A DNA stretch of 64,000 bases. Source: Pocillopora damicornis (taxonomy: Eukaryota). Positions 51,489 through 64,000 of this stretch are shown here, piece by piece. Positions within the stretch are counted from its first letter, which is position 1. Each line of letters begins with the position of its first letter. The position numbers were made by a program, and so were the translations under genes. Location of the stretch: assembly GCF_003704095.1 (NCBI RefSeq), contig NW_020846249.1, forward strand, positions 1 to 64,000, in the 5' to 3' direction. Under the pieces are notes generated by a model, which saw only the letters and a list, made by a program, of their open reading frames with translations, was not told the DNA's origin and made no database searches.

Positions 51489-53320
51489 CGGTCTGAAACC
51501 AAATTGTTTGGATGTAATGATCTCATTATTATTAAGATAAGCATACAGTTGGATGTGCACGGCTTTTTCTAGGATTTTACTTGTCGTTGGCAGTACAGTA
51601 ATGGGCCTGTAATTGTTAGCATCGCAGCGATCACCTCTCTTGAATAATGCTGTAACTTGTCCAAATTTCCAAAGGGGAGGGAAGATGCGAGTTTCAAGGG
51701 AAAGATTGAATAATCTAGTTAAGCTGGCACTGATAACTGTGGCTGAATCTTTCTACAGACGCGCACTGATGTTATCGAGACCGATAGCTTTATTGGTTTT
51801 GATCTGTTGTGGCTGACGAATAACGAAGTCTTCCGTAATCGGCTCGAAAGTAAATTCATAGGGTAGACTCCAGTTTACCGTAGGTGTCGAGAAGATGTAG
51901 GACCTGTAAGACTTGAGCTCCTGCGCTAATTTGGTTCCAGTTGTTGAAAAATGGTCATTGAGAATCTTGGCTATAGATTTATTGCTACAGTATTGAACAC
52001 CGTCGGTTTCAATGCTGGAGATGGGAGTTCTTTCTTTGCGAGATGTTATGTCGTTAAGAGTTTTCCATAACGCACTTGGATTAGATTTGTTTCCGGTAAT
52101 AAGCTTAGAATAGTATTCCGATTTACATCTCTTTATCTCCTTAATTACGTAATTCCTAAGTTCCTTATAGCGTGACCAGTGATTGCCAGACTTTGATTTC
52201 AGGGCTTTACGATTGTAATGATCTCGTTTGTACATAGCTTTAGATAGCCTTGCATTCATCTAAGGAGAGCGGACCCTTTTATTCTTGATTTTCTTATCGG
52301 AGCATGAGTATCGGCAACGTGAGTGAAAAGTTTGTTCCAATCATCGACCGCGGAGTCAATGTCATCCTTGTTTAATGCCTGGTCCCAGTCAATATCTCTC
52401 AAGTCATTCAGAAATTCCTGCTTTGAATAATGCTTGTATAACCGATATTCAATGGTTCTCCCTGGAGCCTTGGGAACACCTGATTTGATAACGCAGAAGA
52501 TCAAACAATGGTCACTTAGAGGTGATGGAGTAACGCCTCGGTCAATAACACGATGAGANNNNNNNNNNNNNNNNNNNNNNNNNNNNNNNNNNNNNNNNNN
52601 NNNNNNNNNNNNNNNNNNNNNNNNNNNNNNNNNNNNNNNNNNNNNNNNNNNNNNNNNNNNNNNNNNNNNNNNNNNNNNNNNNNNNNNNNNNNNNNNNNNN
52701 NNNNNNNNNNNNNNNNNNNNNNNNNNNNNNNNNNNNNNNNNNNNNNNNNNNNNNNNNNNNNNNNNNNNNNNNNNNNNNNNNNNNNNNNNNNNNNNNNNNN
52801 NNNNNNNNNNNNNNNNNNNNNNNNNNNNNNNNNNNNNNNNNNNNNNNNNNNNNNNNNNNNNNNNNNNNNNNNNNNNNNNNNNNNNNNNNNNNNNNNNNNN
52901 NNNNNNNNNNNNNNNNNNNNNNNNNNNNNNNNNNNNNNNNNNNNNNNNNNNNNNNNNNNNNNNNNNNNNNNNNNNNNNNNNNNNNNNNNNNNNNNNNNNN
53001 NNNNNNNNNNNNNNNNNNNNNNNNNAGAGAGATAAATAGTAGTGCAAAGGACGCTGAACGCGCTAAGCGACAACCAGTAACAGCGAGTTCTCTGTTTGTC
53101 AGCGGTGGTTTCGATGTCTTGCAGAAGCTCGACCTCTTTGAAAATTGCAAAGGCTGGCTTAAATCTCTAGCCACTTAAAGACCCTGCTATCTATGTGTCG
53201 AGTTGGAAGTAGGCACTTTTGAGGCGAATATTTGAAGAGAAAACATATAAAAGAAGTAAAAAACAAACGAAGCGGGAGGGCGGTAAAACCGTGGCTCTCG
53301 CCGCCATTTGCGAGTTTTCG
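51489..53320 (-). mobile_element. CR1/L2-type LINE, 5' region to RT N-half
   Basis: LSDHCLIF, LWKTLN, KAIGLDNISARL, NYRPITVLP, KQFGFRP; few disruptions; contains gap 52559-53025. Confidence 0.85.
52559..53025. other. Assembly gap (others: 6259-6358, 25256-25355, 49588-49687, 51389-51488)
   Basis: Runs of N. Confidence 1.
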
Positions 53321-53450
53321 CGGTAACAGAATGGATGAAGTAAATTTCTAGTGAGTTCATCTTATTGCTTGGTCCTTTGACCACATTTTTAGAGCTATTG
53401 AAAATTACACTAAAATAGAAAGCCTTGATACGAAAACAAAACATAGCTAT

Positions 53451-53528
53451 TTACCTTCCCACAGCAGCCGGTCCCGTCATTGCTTCTGGTTAATATTCTG
53501 CTAGGTTCCAGTCCCGCTTTCTCAGATT
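53451..53528 (-). CDS. Dystrophin-like last or near-last coding exon
   Basis: Phase-1 start (E)SEKAGLEPSRILPEAMTGPAAVGR*; the TAA overlaps a possible donor AAG|GTAAAT. Confidence 0.6.
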
Positions 53529-56500
53529 CTTTACAGTGAAAAAAGAGTGACAAATTACGTTAAAGTTTCGCACTAATGGAGATTTAATCGACTTTAAAAT
53601 ATTGGTACTAAAAATTAATACAATAGCTGTAATCAAACGGATTCATGGTAACCATCTTCATTGCTTTGCGAAATTTCCTGACTTTTTTCTGACAATTGTA
53701 TTATTTCCCTGGCCAACTGTGGTAACAGTGTTATACATTAATCCTTATGAAACATGATTCGATAGCTACTTAACGTATCTTGGAAAGATTGAATATCTTA
53801 GAAACCCAACTTTAGCTAGTCCAAGTAAATTTCAATAAACTTTATTCAACCAATTAAACACGTCTCATGTTCGTGAAATGTACCAAAGAATTTAAATTTT
53901 AGAACATAATGAATAAAGTAGAAACGGAAAGTGTATGATTTCATTCAGAAACAAATTTCAACCCGTACTTCTATGGGAAATGACGTGTTTGATAGGTATC
54001 TGTCGGTTGTAATTAACCATGAACATGAGTTATATCAAATCACATAATGTTATGGGTCAGAATTTTCAATCATGAAGAGGGCCGATACAAGATGAACGAG
54101 TCCGTATTAACTTTTCCCTAAACTTTTTTAAAAATGAAGATTTTTCCTGATTTAAAGTGAAATTCTCGACTTTTCCTTGACCTTTTTAAGACCTGGGTAT
54201 TCTAAGACCTGGGTATTCTATGACCTGTGGCAACTACGACAACTGCAGAAACCAATTAATTGAATAAAACAAGCGCAGCTGAGACACCCAAAATTTTAAG
54301 CAATTCACGCATTGTTTTGTTGCAATTGTAGGGCGCACTGAACTACATTAATAGTTTTCTTGCTTAACTACTTACTAACTTACTTAATTACCTCTCTACT
54401 TACTCATCTACGTACTTACTCACTAACCAACTTACGCACAGTAGCGTGATATATTTATCACGTTAACCCAAATGGCAAATAGGTTATCATGAAAGTTCCT
54501 CCGTAAAAACGACTTGTTTCACTTGAGGTTGTGGTTAGAATCTGTTCTTGACTTAAAATATTTTAAACCAGGATGATTCGCAATTTTCTGGTCAGATTAT
54601 GATGGTGAAAACAAGATGAAAAAAAAAGCTTGCTGGTTTTTAAAAAAATTTAAAGCTAGAGAAATTACCATTTTAAATAAGCTATACCTGTTGGTAAAAT
54701 TGGGAGTCTTTGCTTACCTGCGTTCCGCGACATTTCAGTGACCATAGACTGCATTGCTTCGCCAATCATACTTGCAGCGAGAAAAATATCATTGTGTATA
54801 TCAACTGGCAAGTCTACAGGAGAACCATAAAATAAAAAAAATTTCAGCATTCAAAACATAGATATATCTCCAATTCATGTTTCTTGGGCGATTCTATCTT
54901 TTGCAAAAATACAGGTCACTTTACTTCCAATTAACCTTTGGCGGGTCCAGTTTTATCGTACCTCTGAGATTGTAATAGGTGTGACTCTTACAATCCCAGA
55001 AGTACTTAATACTGGACCTACCAAAGGTTTCTACGACAATCTATGGACTTAAGTTTTTGAGGTTTTGCACAGTGAAACAATGGAACTCTACCGGTCGCGA
55101 CGAGGAACATTAAAGCTTGTAACATTTTCAGGCAAAAATTAAAATTCATATACCTTTTAAATTTTAACTGTAAATAACTTTAATATTTTGTTTCTATATA
55201 TACTGTTTTTACTCTACTTTTTATTACACTTGAAATGAATTTTACTTACCGTGGCGTACCTGAAAACTAGTTGTTAAACTAATTGCACTTACCACTTTAA
55301 AAAAACACAGTCTCCACTTCAGATATCTGTCCCTTCGTTCTAGGACAACTCGATCATTTTTTTCTGAGTTATTGGTAGATCCTGCGCTTTGCACCCACCA
55401 CGCGTTGGCCATAAGGGCATAAAATCGCACTTCAATAATATCAACACGTGCGCAATTGCTAGACACTCTAACTGGGAGTTATCGACAAAGTTTCCTTACA
55501 TTGGAACAAAAGTGTGAAAACATTACCTGAGTAAGCATCCAAAGGGAAAGTAGATGTTATTCTATCGACAATATTACTGAGCTCAATCCCTTCGTGAGAA
55601 GTGTCGAGTCGATCTACCACGCCCAACTCTGCAGCCGTTTTAAGAAGAAAAGAATTACGTGCCAAGCTGCTCTGGAAATCCTCGAACTGGGGTTTTTGAT
55701 AAAAATGTCTAGGCGACAAGGAATACCGAGGAGAATTTAGCTGCAGCGATGGACTTGGCGTAAGAAATGTTGCCTGAGGAACGACGGAATGTTGGTTTAG
55801 GGACTGAGCTGGTAACATGCCTGGCTCGGAAGGAGATTGGTAAAAGCCACCAGAAAAATTAACTCGCGTTGACATCATGGTATTATTCGGTTCGGAAACT
55901 GTAGGGGGAGGAGCAACGATCGCCATTGAGGGTGACACGGTTGTGTGAGGCTTGGAAGAAGGCTGAGCTGCTGGCGTTATTGGCGAAGAGAGCTGCATAG
56001 CTTCATTCTGCAATGAAGAATAAATCGACAAATCCTATTTTATTATTATCTTATCATTATGTTATCTAATACTTATTTTTAATCAAAGGATTCTCGTTAG
56101 CCTGGGGATAAACCCAAGCTGGTCGAGAGACCCGACTTCAAAACATCCCGAGCAGCATTAGAATTTTGCTTTTTTAGAACTCCACACACACAAAGCTTTA
56201 AATATCAAGTGCTCAAGTAAGAAATCTCAAGTGTATTCCTCAATTATTCACCGAAGTAGGGGTACCTATTCACCGACAAGCCTACCAGAACTAAGGTGAT
56301 TGATTACTTTGGTGTATACCACACAAGCTGAGTAACAACAACGAGTGGCAAAAGTAGTTGGCACGCCTCCCTTTCTAGATGGTCCACAATGCTTCACTCA
56401 ACATCTTGACTCCCCCTTCCTCCAAACAATGTTGCCTGAAGTTTGTAACCACGTTATAACACCAGACAACACTGAAATCGGGGAAAGGGGGAAATATATT

Positions 56501-59500
56501 ACAGCTATAGGAAAATTAAAAAAGTAGTAGATTGTGCTTAGACTTTTGACACTCACTGAAGTCAAACAAAAAATTTTCATCAAAAGCTAGAAAAGCTTTT
56601 TATTTCCCAAGCAAGGCATATTGACGCCTACAAAACATTTGGAGGAATTTATTGACTTGATACAAAAGCACTTACCTAGCTTATACAAAGAACTTGTTTA
56701 TTTAGTTTATCATGATACTGTAACAAATTCGACTTGTGGTTGAAACCATGCTTCACAACTTTCTTTTCCCCAAAATTTGAAATTAAAAAGATCAACAATC
56801 CTTCCAAAAGTACTTTGGAACCGCACTTTGGCGCCACTTTGTGTACAGTTCTTGGCCTCCTCGATTATTAATGAAATTTTCCCTTCCGAAAAAGAAGTGA
56901 AAGACATTTATGATTTTGTTTCTCGTCGGCTGTTTGGATGCGAATATTGCTTGGCTAATCACCACCGAGATAGCCAATCAACGCGCGCGAAAAGCACTTT
57001 TCACTTGTGTGGTATGAACCATTATGAAATATGTTGCTCTCCAGGGGTGTAAATAAGACTGTTCACACCTTCATTTCACAACTTTAGAGAAAAGGTCGGA
57101 AAAAGACACGAAGAAAAACTTGTGATTGTTGTTAGGCCTCCGTTCTGTCTTCTCCCCCCGTGAGCAAAAAGGAATGCTTGGTTGGGTTTCGTCTAATGCG
57201 TTAATTTGTTACTGATTTTATCACAATAGGCTTTTCTTGTAACATGTTAGCTAATTAGTTGCCTCTTGATTTAAAAGCATTACTTGTGCCAAAATAAGAA
57301 CCCCCCAAAATAAAAAAAATTATCATAATTTGTTCGTTTAATCCTATGAAAAAAAGAAATCACATCCATTACAGAGGCTTAGATGTTTGAGCGACGTTAC
57401 TTCGAACCCGTGGCACATAGAGCATTTAAATGTGACTGGTAAAGCGAATGTGTTCAGAGCAGTAAGACTAATTCTTTGTTTGTTGTGTGATTTAAGAGTC
57501 AGACATTAGAATTTTCTTAATCTCGACGCTAATTTATGAACAACGAGGATGCTCGATGGGAACGGAGCAAAATCAATACCTTTAGGCGCTTCAGTTCAAA
57601 GGTTGCCTGTGGATAGTTTCGAAAATCAAAATCAAAACCGAATGTGTTAATTAGTGAGCGACGCTACACAATAGCTAAAATGCTGTTAGGAAGCAGGAAA
57701 TCTTCCCCACTTTACACAACAAATAATAAATCAGACCCTATCATCGTGCTGAAATTTAAAGTTTGGATCAAAATCACTGGAATTTGACAGAAATATCAAA
57801 ACAGATATACGTCCTAAGCTTAGCACTTTTAGCTGTAGTTTTTTTACAAAGATTTTGTCCAAGAATAAAAGAAGTATTTTCATATCATGTTGTTCATTAG
57901 TGCTATATATCTGATTATTTTGAAATGTGTACTGAGGAGGTACTAAAGATTTTGATTTCTAATACTACTCAGTAAAATAAACGTTAAAACACTTTCACCC
58001 CTCAACGAAGGGTGGATGACGGTCAGTTTAAAGCAAACTAAAATTATCGATTTTAAAAGTACATTTGAGATTATCTGATGAAAAAGATATTGTACTACCG
58101 TTTGGAGTTTGTGGTTAGTATCTAAAGCTAACTGGTCCAAGCGATCATAGGCAAAACTAGAGGCTATTTTCTCCTCGTATTCAAGAAGACAGGAAAATGT
58201 CCTTTCCTCTGTGACGGTAGATAAAACGACAACAATGTTTGACTTGAACTTTACTTTTAATTTACAATTGTTGCTGATCACAACACGACAAATTGCAAAT
58301 ATTAAGTTTAAATTAAGAGATTTACAAAACAGATGCATTGCAAAATCTTTTTGAAGTATGATAGCATGCTATTAAGTATTCATATGTTCTCAAAAACGTT
58401 GAAATCGAAAGTAGACAGCAAAGCTGTAACTTGAATTTCACGCAGAATTTAACATTTTTAAAAGTTTCAAATTTAAACATTCATGAGCGGTTGAGTCGCA
58501 CTTCCGATTATCACATCCAAGGCGTCAACCCTAAGCAAAACATTTAAACAAGTTCGCAAACAACTCAAACACAGTTGTATATTTGTCTCGGAAGTATTGT
58601 GCTTTGTACCTTTGAACGTTTTCTTCATTTCAAGACTGTATTCCGTATAAATATTCAGATCCGGCTGTGTAAGCTGCTAAACGTTGGTTTTTCATACAGC
58701 TCTAGTCGTAAAGCGATGCCAATGCCATGTGATTATTATGCCCTATTGTCAGTCAGAAGTAGCATCGACTTCCTATTGTTTTCATTTAAAAAGTTTCGAG
58801 TGTCAAAAAATTTAGTAGACATACACAGCATTATCGAAACGTGATATGAGATTGGTTCTAGCCGACTCGGCGCAATAATTCCTTTCCTTTTTCCTTCAAA
58901 AAGTTGAAGTAAAAGGCATATGCACTTCACCTATTCCTAAGATGAACAATAAAAACATCACTTTAGCCTCTGAAAGGGGCGAACTACTGAAACGACTGTT
59001 ACGTTATGTATCAAATTCCCTTAGTATTTGATCTGTCAACACGTTTCTTATGACAAAACAAAAGACATACAATTATGTATCAAGTTTTAATTCGAACTGC
59101 AACGGTTTCGAGAACATGATTACAGCGCTCAAGGTTTTAACGCCAAATTAAAGTTACTTTCCTCTTTTAAATTTTATTTTAAATGGTAATAGGTTTAAGG
59201 CTTTGCTACATTTAAATTTGATAAGAAAAATTATCTTTGAGTCCTCTTTAGACTCTATACACATATTTTCTACAGTTACATAATTATATCTTCGTTGATT
59301 AATTATACGATAGAACTTAGTTGTTTTGCGGTCAAAAAAAAATTTCATCACTATCACAAAGTTAAGAAAAAGTTTGCGCAAATTCAAGTCAGCTACATGT
59401 AAGCCAATCACATCCTTCGCTATCACACACAACCCAAAATGGCAGCGACAAAAATCGCGACACGCATGTGCCATTTGGGGAAAAACTGAAATTTATTTTC

Positions 59501-62500
59501 AACTCATTCAACCTAGACCCAGTACTGCGATCGTTGTAGCTCAATCTTTGCCTGTACCTGTTGAAGAAGGATCCTTAAACGATGGAGCTGAACTTGCAAC
59601 TGATAGTTATGCTCTTCGAGAACTTCTTCACGTGCCTCCAAACGTTCCCTCTTGCGTTGTAAATGGGCCTCTCTGGAAGGGCCCTCAGTAGGGACAATAA
59701 TATGTTCCCTTTGATGCTGGCGTTGAAGTTGATATATACCATTGATTTCGCCTTGTAGGGCCCTGCACGGAAAGAAAAATAGAATCACTCTTACTTTAAG
59801 CAGAATTTCCTCTATCAAACTTCCAAGTTGAAGAAACCAAACTCCAACCATTTTCATAATATGGAGTACTCACGCAAAAGGTGCAAACTCTACGAGTTAA
59901 GAGAGCAAATACAAACGATTCTATGAAGGTTACTTTCACAAGTGGCGTATGGTCTATGAGGAAGACTAGAGGAAACTAAGACCATAATCATAAGGGATAC
60001 TTTAACAAATGGCGCATAATCCACAAGGAGAGGTGAAGCAAATTCAAACCATTCTAATAAGGAATACCTTTACACATGGCGCATGCTTGAGGAGAAAAAG
60101 TACACTCTTACAAAAGAAGCATGCTCTATGACAACGAGTATGGTATTTTACTTTTACCTCAGCGTTCAGAATTTCATGAGAAGGATGCGTTGAAACCAGA
60201 GTGAGCAGACACTTGTTTATGCTAACATACCTGTTATCGTTTTCCAAACTTTTGATCAGATGCTCCAAGTCTCCCTTGCTTTGAATGTCTCCGTACCTTG
60301 CGTTTTGAGTAGGACTGGCAGACTGAAAAGATGGCACAACACTTACATAAAGATTTCAACCTCCCCCGTCTATACGCCAACGTGGTCCTAACATTATGAA
60401 AGATGCCCTGCTTACCAAGATTTCCCTACAGATCAGTGAAGGAGCATCCCACCGGAAAGCTTAAAGTAGGGTCTTCGAGTCTCCTTCCAAACTTGATATC
60501 TTTTGATTCTTTTCCATAATCAAACTCAAATTCAGCCACTTGCGCCTAAATCATATCTATAAACACTACTCAAGGTCGAGCAAAACTCGAATAATGTCGT
60601 AGCAATTAATAACATATCTGAAAGCTCGAGTAGCTTTATGCAATATTAAATAATAAAAGTTGGATTCGATCTCTCATTTTTGCACACGCATGCGACGTCA
60701 GATAACAACCAGCCTTCTTTTGATTTGAGTTATTCTGGTTTAGTTTAAGTGATTTAAAGTTGAGACCTGAACAAAAAACTTACAATGTTTCGGCGAGGTG
60801 TGCCTAATTTCCGACACTTTAAAAACAGTTACAATCGCACTTAGAAAGACAGTAATCATCTCCTTCAAGACACCTACCATCGACTCTGGCTCACTAGTCA
60901 AGCTGGGGAAAAAAGGAGTAATAGAAGAAAACATCATTTAAAGTTAGCACAAAAAACAAAATAGGTGCTAACCTATCTATAAGAGTGTTCATAATAAGAA
61001 AACCACGCATCAATCAAACTTAAATGACTCACTCAGTGACAAATGGTCTATGTTCGACCTTGTAGAGGGGCGTACCTGAGAGGAGTCCCGGGGTGCCTGT
61101 GAACCCACTTGTGAGTTGATCGTATTTTAAAGTCAACGATATACAAACTACATAATTCGCAAAGCGAAAAGCTGCGAATCCGAAGGATATGAATGGCATG
61201 CATCACTCAATTCTCACACAACATGACAGCCGGGTAATTACCTTGGGCGCGAAACCCAAGCCTTGAAAAATCCTAACGACGTCCCCTGTTGCGTGCACGC
61301 TTGAACCAATGAGCAAGTGAGGAAAAACGAAAGCTGACTATTTCGAACGAATCGCTTAATCAAGCAGCTTTTTTGACATCTTTTACTTCGCCAGAATGCA
61401 AACCTTAAGCTTGGAGAAGAATAATTCGGTGGCGAACAAATCTCTCTCAGTTGTGGGGAATAGCTTTCCCAACCGCATGTGATGACCGTCAGATTTTTTC
61501 GGTGTCCAACAATGAATTTGCGTCATGAAATTGCCCTGTCGGTCGCTTGTACTTTGCAACGAGGACATGATTTAAACAGATCTGTATTTGTATCATTTCC
61601 TTCCTCGTCAGAGCTACTAAAGATTTCGTTTTTCGCAAAATTATAAAGTAATATTTCTGGAATGAAAAAAAAAATCCCTTCTACTTGTACATGGGGCTAC
61701 CTGCTAGACCTGCTTTTCACTAGCTATGGCTATTTGCAGGTCAGTAAATGAAATATTGATATCTGATCTTGAAATTGAATTAACGTGCATGTAAATTGGT
61801 AAAAAAAGACAGAACTTGAACTTTGGTGATGACCGAAAAATATGTTTGATTTGAGTTTTGTGTGAAGATTTTCTTCAACGACTTTCACAAACAAACAACA
61901 CAAAGTTAGTTTTAGGTACAATACCTCTTTGTGTAATGTTGTATTAGACCGTGTTCATCAGCCCTGCTGGGAAACAAGAAAAGAAAAAAATCATAAAAAT
62001 CTTTAAAATAACTGGATGAAAATGAGCGATGTCGAAAAATGTGTAGGGATGGAGAAGAACAAGGAAAAAAGGTTGAGTGGAAGTAAAAGGGCGGCGGAGC
62101 AGAGAAAAGAGAGAAATTGTAAACGGAGTAGACAAAACAGCAAACATGGATAACTTGAACAAACGCGACAGTACACTCTCACAAAAGAAGCAAATGCTGC
62201 TTTACTGGAATTTAACACTGAAAGGAAAGATAATACTTTAATTCTTAATTATCTTAAAAAGATAAGAAGGAAAAAAATGCTCTAACTAATGTTACACTAG
62301 AAATTAACTTCGTGAAAATGAAATTTTCAAACAAGCATAATACTTTGATTCTTCATTATCCTTAGAAAGATAAAGAAAAAAAATCCTGACACTAATGTTA
62401 CCCTAACAATTAATTTCACGAAAATGAAACACATGCTCGTAATTCGTAGTGGCCTGAAAACTACCGGCCACACCCTCGTGTCAGACACGCCCTTTTATGC

Positions 62501-62755
62501 ACCAGTTGTTTGCAATACCATTAGGACCGGATGAACTCCAGTTTCTCTTTCGACAGAAAACCTTTTCCAATTTTATCTGCATTCAGCTTAAAACTATCTC
62601 TGGTCACCTCTAGAACCACCTCCGCCATTGCATCCTTGATCTTCTCAATTATTGTCATTATTATTATTATTATTATAGTTAATATTGTTATTAATATTAC
62701 TGTTATTATTATTACTAGTATTATTGTCATTATTTAATCATGATCGTTATTGTTA

Positions 62756-62800
<45 letters not shown>

Positions 62801-63964
62801 GTGGTAGTATTTTTATTAAATTATTATTTCAATATTTCTATTTTTATTAATATCACGCCTTCCTTTACAAACTAACCTAGCCGCATGGTCTCTGTTCTTG
62901 ACGTTTAAACCTGGTGAAACTTTCTCCGGGGCGCCAAAATCCACAGAATCCCTAAATGACATGAGAAGAAATGTTTTATGAAACACCGCCGTGCAGTAGT
63001 AGGCCTAAAGTCATCTCTAAGCCTTTCGCTTAACCTTAAAAAAATATGCTGACAATGTCACAAGCAATCATGGAGACTCTTCGTTTCCCCTAATCATTAA
63101 TTACAAAAATAAATACGAAAAAAAAGCTCTAGAGCATAACTGACCGAGACTGAAGTTTACCGTAGTTTTTTTGTTGGGGTTCTTTATTTAACACCAAACA
63201 GATAGAGGTGTACATATAGTGCAGCAGCGGAGCGTGTATGTAAAACCCTAAGGGTATCAGTGAACGCAACAAATTGAACATTTTTTTTAAGACTCGTTTT
63301 GTGGAATGTTCTAAAAGTTCTTGCGACGGGAAGTAAATTCGTATTATCAAGCGTTTGTGTGTAATCCTCCACGAGGTGCTTCGAAAGTTTTTCCCTCGAT
63401 GATTGCAAGTGTAAACTCGTTTTTTCCTGGAGGTAGAAACACTTAATTTTGAGACCTTTTGCAAGTGCACAAAGACAACATAGCGGAAAAGGGTGTCAAA
63501 TCCGACCGAAAACGAACTCGATCGGGGACCCTCTACACTTTTGGAAATCGAGAGTTAAATTCGAACACGCTGAAAGTTTTGCCGTAATTGAATACACCTT
63601 CGTCACCTGCAATTCCTTAGCTTTCAGAAAATATTAATTTTACTACGGTAACGTTGCATCAATGAATGATGATCATGTAAGATAATCTGGTACCATAAGT
63701 TGGTTTGACACAGTCAGAATGACACAATTAGAATTTGTCTTTGTTCTGGATTATCAGTAAGGGAATTGAAGGTTGTCTTTTTTAAAATACTGAACAAAAC
63801 ATTTTAAACACGACTTACTCGTCTTCGCCATCAGAAGGGGCAACCTCTTTCATTTCGATTGGAATAAACCTTCCTTTGGATGGGTCTTCTTGCCTTTTCT
63901 TCTTTTTACTCACTTTATTTCGCATTACTTTGGCGAAGTCTTTCATGTCCTCCTTTTGTGTCGA
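53451..63964 (-). CDS. DMD: Dystrophin-family gene, 3' portion (post-ZZ region, syntrophin-binding motif, two coiled coils, C-terminus); 5' part lies beyond the window
   Basis: Nine GT-AG exons with consistent phases translate to STQKEDMKDFAKVMRNK...DEHGLIQHYTKSL...SPTQ...GDLEHLIKSLENDNRALQGE...RERLEAREEVLEEHNYQLQVQLHRLRILLQQ...ELSNIVDRITSTFP...HNDIFLAASMIGEAMQSMVTEM, matching recalled DMD exons 70-79. Ortholog versus paralog status is unknown. Confidence 0.9.
54718..54813 (-). CDS. Dystrophin-like exon with ancestral-type C-terminal helix, phase 1-1
   Basis: ctcctgtag|DLPVDIHNDIFLAASMIGEAMQSMVTEMSRNA|gtaagc; 96 nt. Confidence 0.85.
55527..56007 (-). CDS. Dystrophin-like Ser/Pro-rich exon, phase 0-1
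   Basis: cttcattgcag|NEAMQLSSP...ELSNIVDRITSTFPLDAYS|gtaatg; 481 nt; compare DMD LEEVMEQLNNSFP. Confidence 0.82.
56230..57015. mobile_element. Crypton-like non-autonomous element in a dystrophin intron
   Basis: Inverted ATACCACACAAG (~56310) / CTTGTGTGGTAT (~57004-57015); AGCCAATCAACGCGCGCG; minus-strand MSFTSFSEGKISLIIEE resembles a tyrosine-recombinase N-terminus. Confidence 0.45.
59558..59762 (-). CDS. Dystrophin-like exon (exon 75 equivalent), coiled coil 2, phase 2-0
   Basis: tttccgtgcag|ALQGEIN...RLEAREEVLEEHNYQLQVQLHRLRILLQQ|gtacag; 205 nt. Confidence 0.92.
60231..60322 (-). CDS. Dystrophin-like exon, coiled coil 1, phase 0-2
   Basis: tcttttcag|SASPTQNARYGDIQSKGDLEHLIKSLENDN(R)|gtatgt; 92 nt. 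Confidence 0.88.
60878..60902 (-). CDS. Dystrophin-like 25-nt microexon, phase 2-0
   Basis: ttttttccccag|(S)LTSEPESM|gtaggt; bridges the phases of its neighbours. Confidence 0.75.
61925..61963 (-). CDS. Dystrophin-like 39-nt exon with syntrophin-binding motif, phase 2-2
   Basis: Long pyrimidine tract, CAGCAG acceptor, ADEHGLIQHYTK(S)|gtattg; compare DMD DEHLLIQHYCQS. Confidence 0.88.
62650..62830. repeat. (ATT)n microsatellite and degenerate flanks
   Basis: Pure (ATT)n around 62758-62800. Confidence 0.95.
62877..62951 (-). CDS. Probable dystrophin-like exon (exon 71/72 region), phase 2-2
   Basis: tcatttag|DSVDFGAPEKVSPGLNVKNRDHAA(R)|gttagt; 75 nt, open, only weak similarity. Confidence 0.6.
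   Translation of the reverse strand, partial: GFCGFWRPGESFTRFKRQEQRPCG
63819..63964 (-). CDS. Dystrophin-like exon (DMD exon 70 equivalent), phase 0-2
   Basis: gaag|STQKEDMKDFAKVMRNKVSKKKKRQEDPSKGRFIPIEMKEVAPSDGED|gtaagt; 146 nt. Confidence 0.9.
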
Positions 63965-64000
63965 CTTCAGAGATTTCAACAAAAATAAAGTTACTGTTTT

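Noticed and set aside
50181-51560. 459-aa ORF
   Set aside because: Reads through an N gap joining a CR1/L2 RT to a Dong-like element.
52256-53174. Long ORFs made mostly of X
   Set aside because: Artefacts of the assembly gap.
60740-60937. 65-aa ORF as a full dystrophin exon
   Set aside because: Using the distal donor gives phase 1, which is incompatible with the next exon; only the 25-nt part fits.
62521-62737. Hydrophobic 'transmembrane' ORFs
   Set aside because: The Ile runs are translated (ATT)n microsatellite.

Overview
AT-rich animal genomic DNA. The repeat families resemble those of stony corals; this is an inference. There are five assembly gaps. Positions 1-53.3 kb are a pile of nested, mostly decayed transposable elements: Penelope-like elements with hammerhead ribozyme motifs, CR1/L2 and Tx1 LINEs, a young R4/Dong-type element, piggyBac, two ISL2EU elements, Sola3, Harbinger, hAT, a Polinton-like integrase and a PIF1 helicase. 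The most complete element is a 6.45-kb IS3EU-like DNA transposon (33256-39707) with ~370-bp TIRs. It carries an integrase-core transposase and a convergent UIM+HECT ubiquitin-ligase gene, and hosts several nested insertions. Positions 53.4-64 kb hold the 3' exons of a minus-strand dystrophin-family gene. I assembled these by hand with consistent splice phases, including 39- and 25-nt microexons and a candidate 10-nt frame-switching exon where vertebrate DMD has exon 78. CpG appears depleted left of ~42.2 kb and preserved to the right. All family names come from recalled motifs, not database searches.
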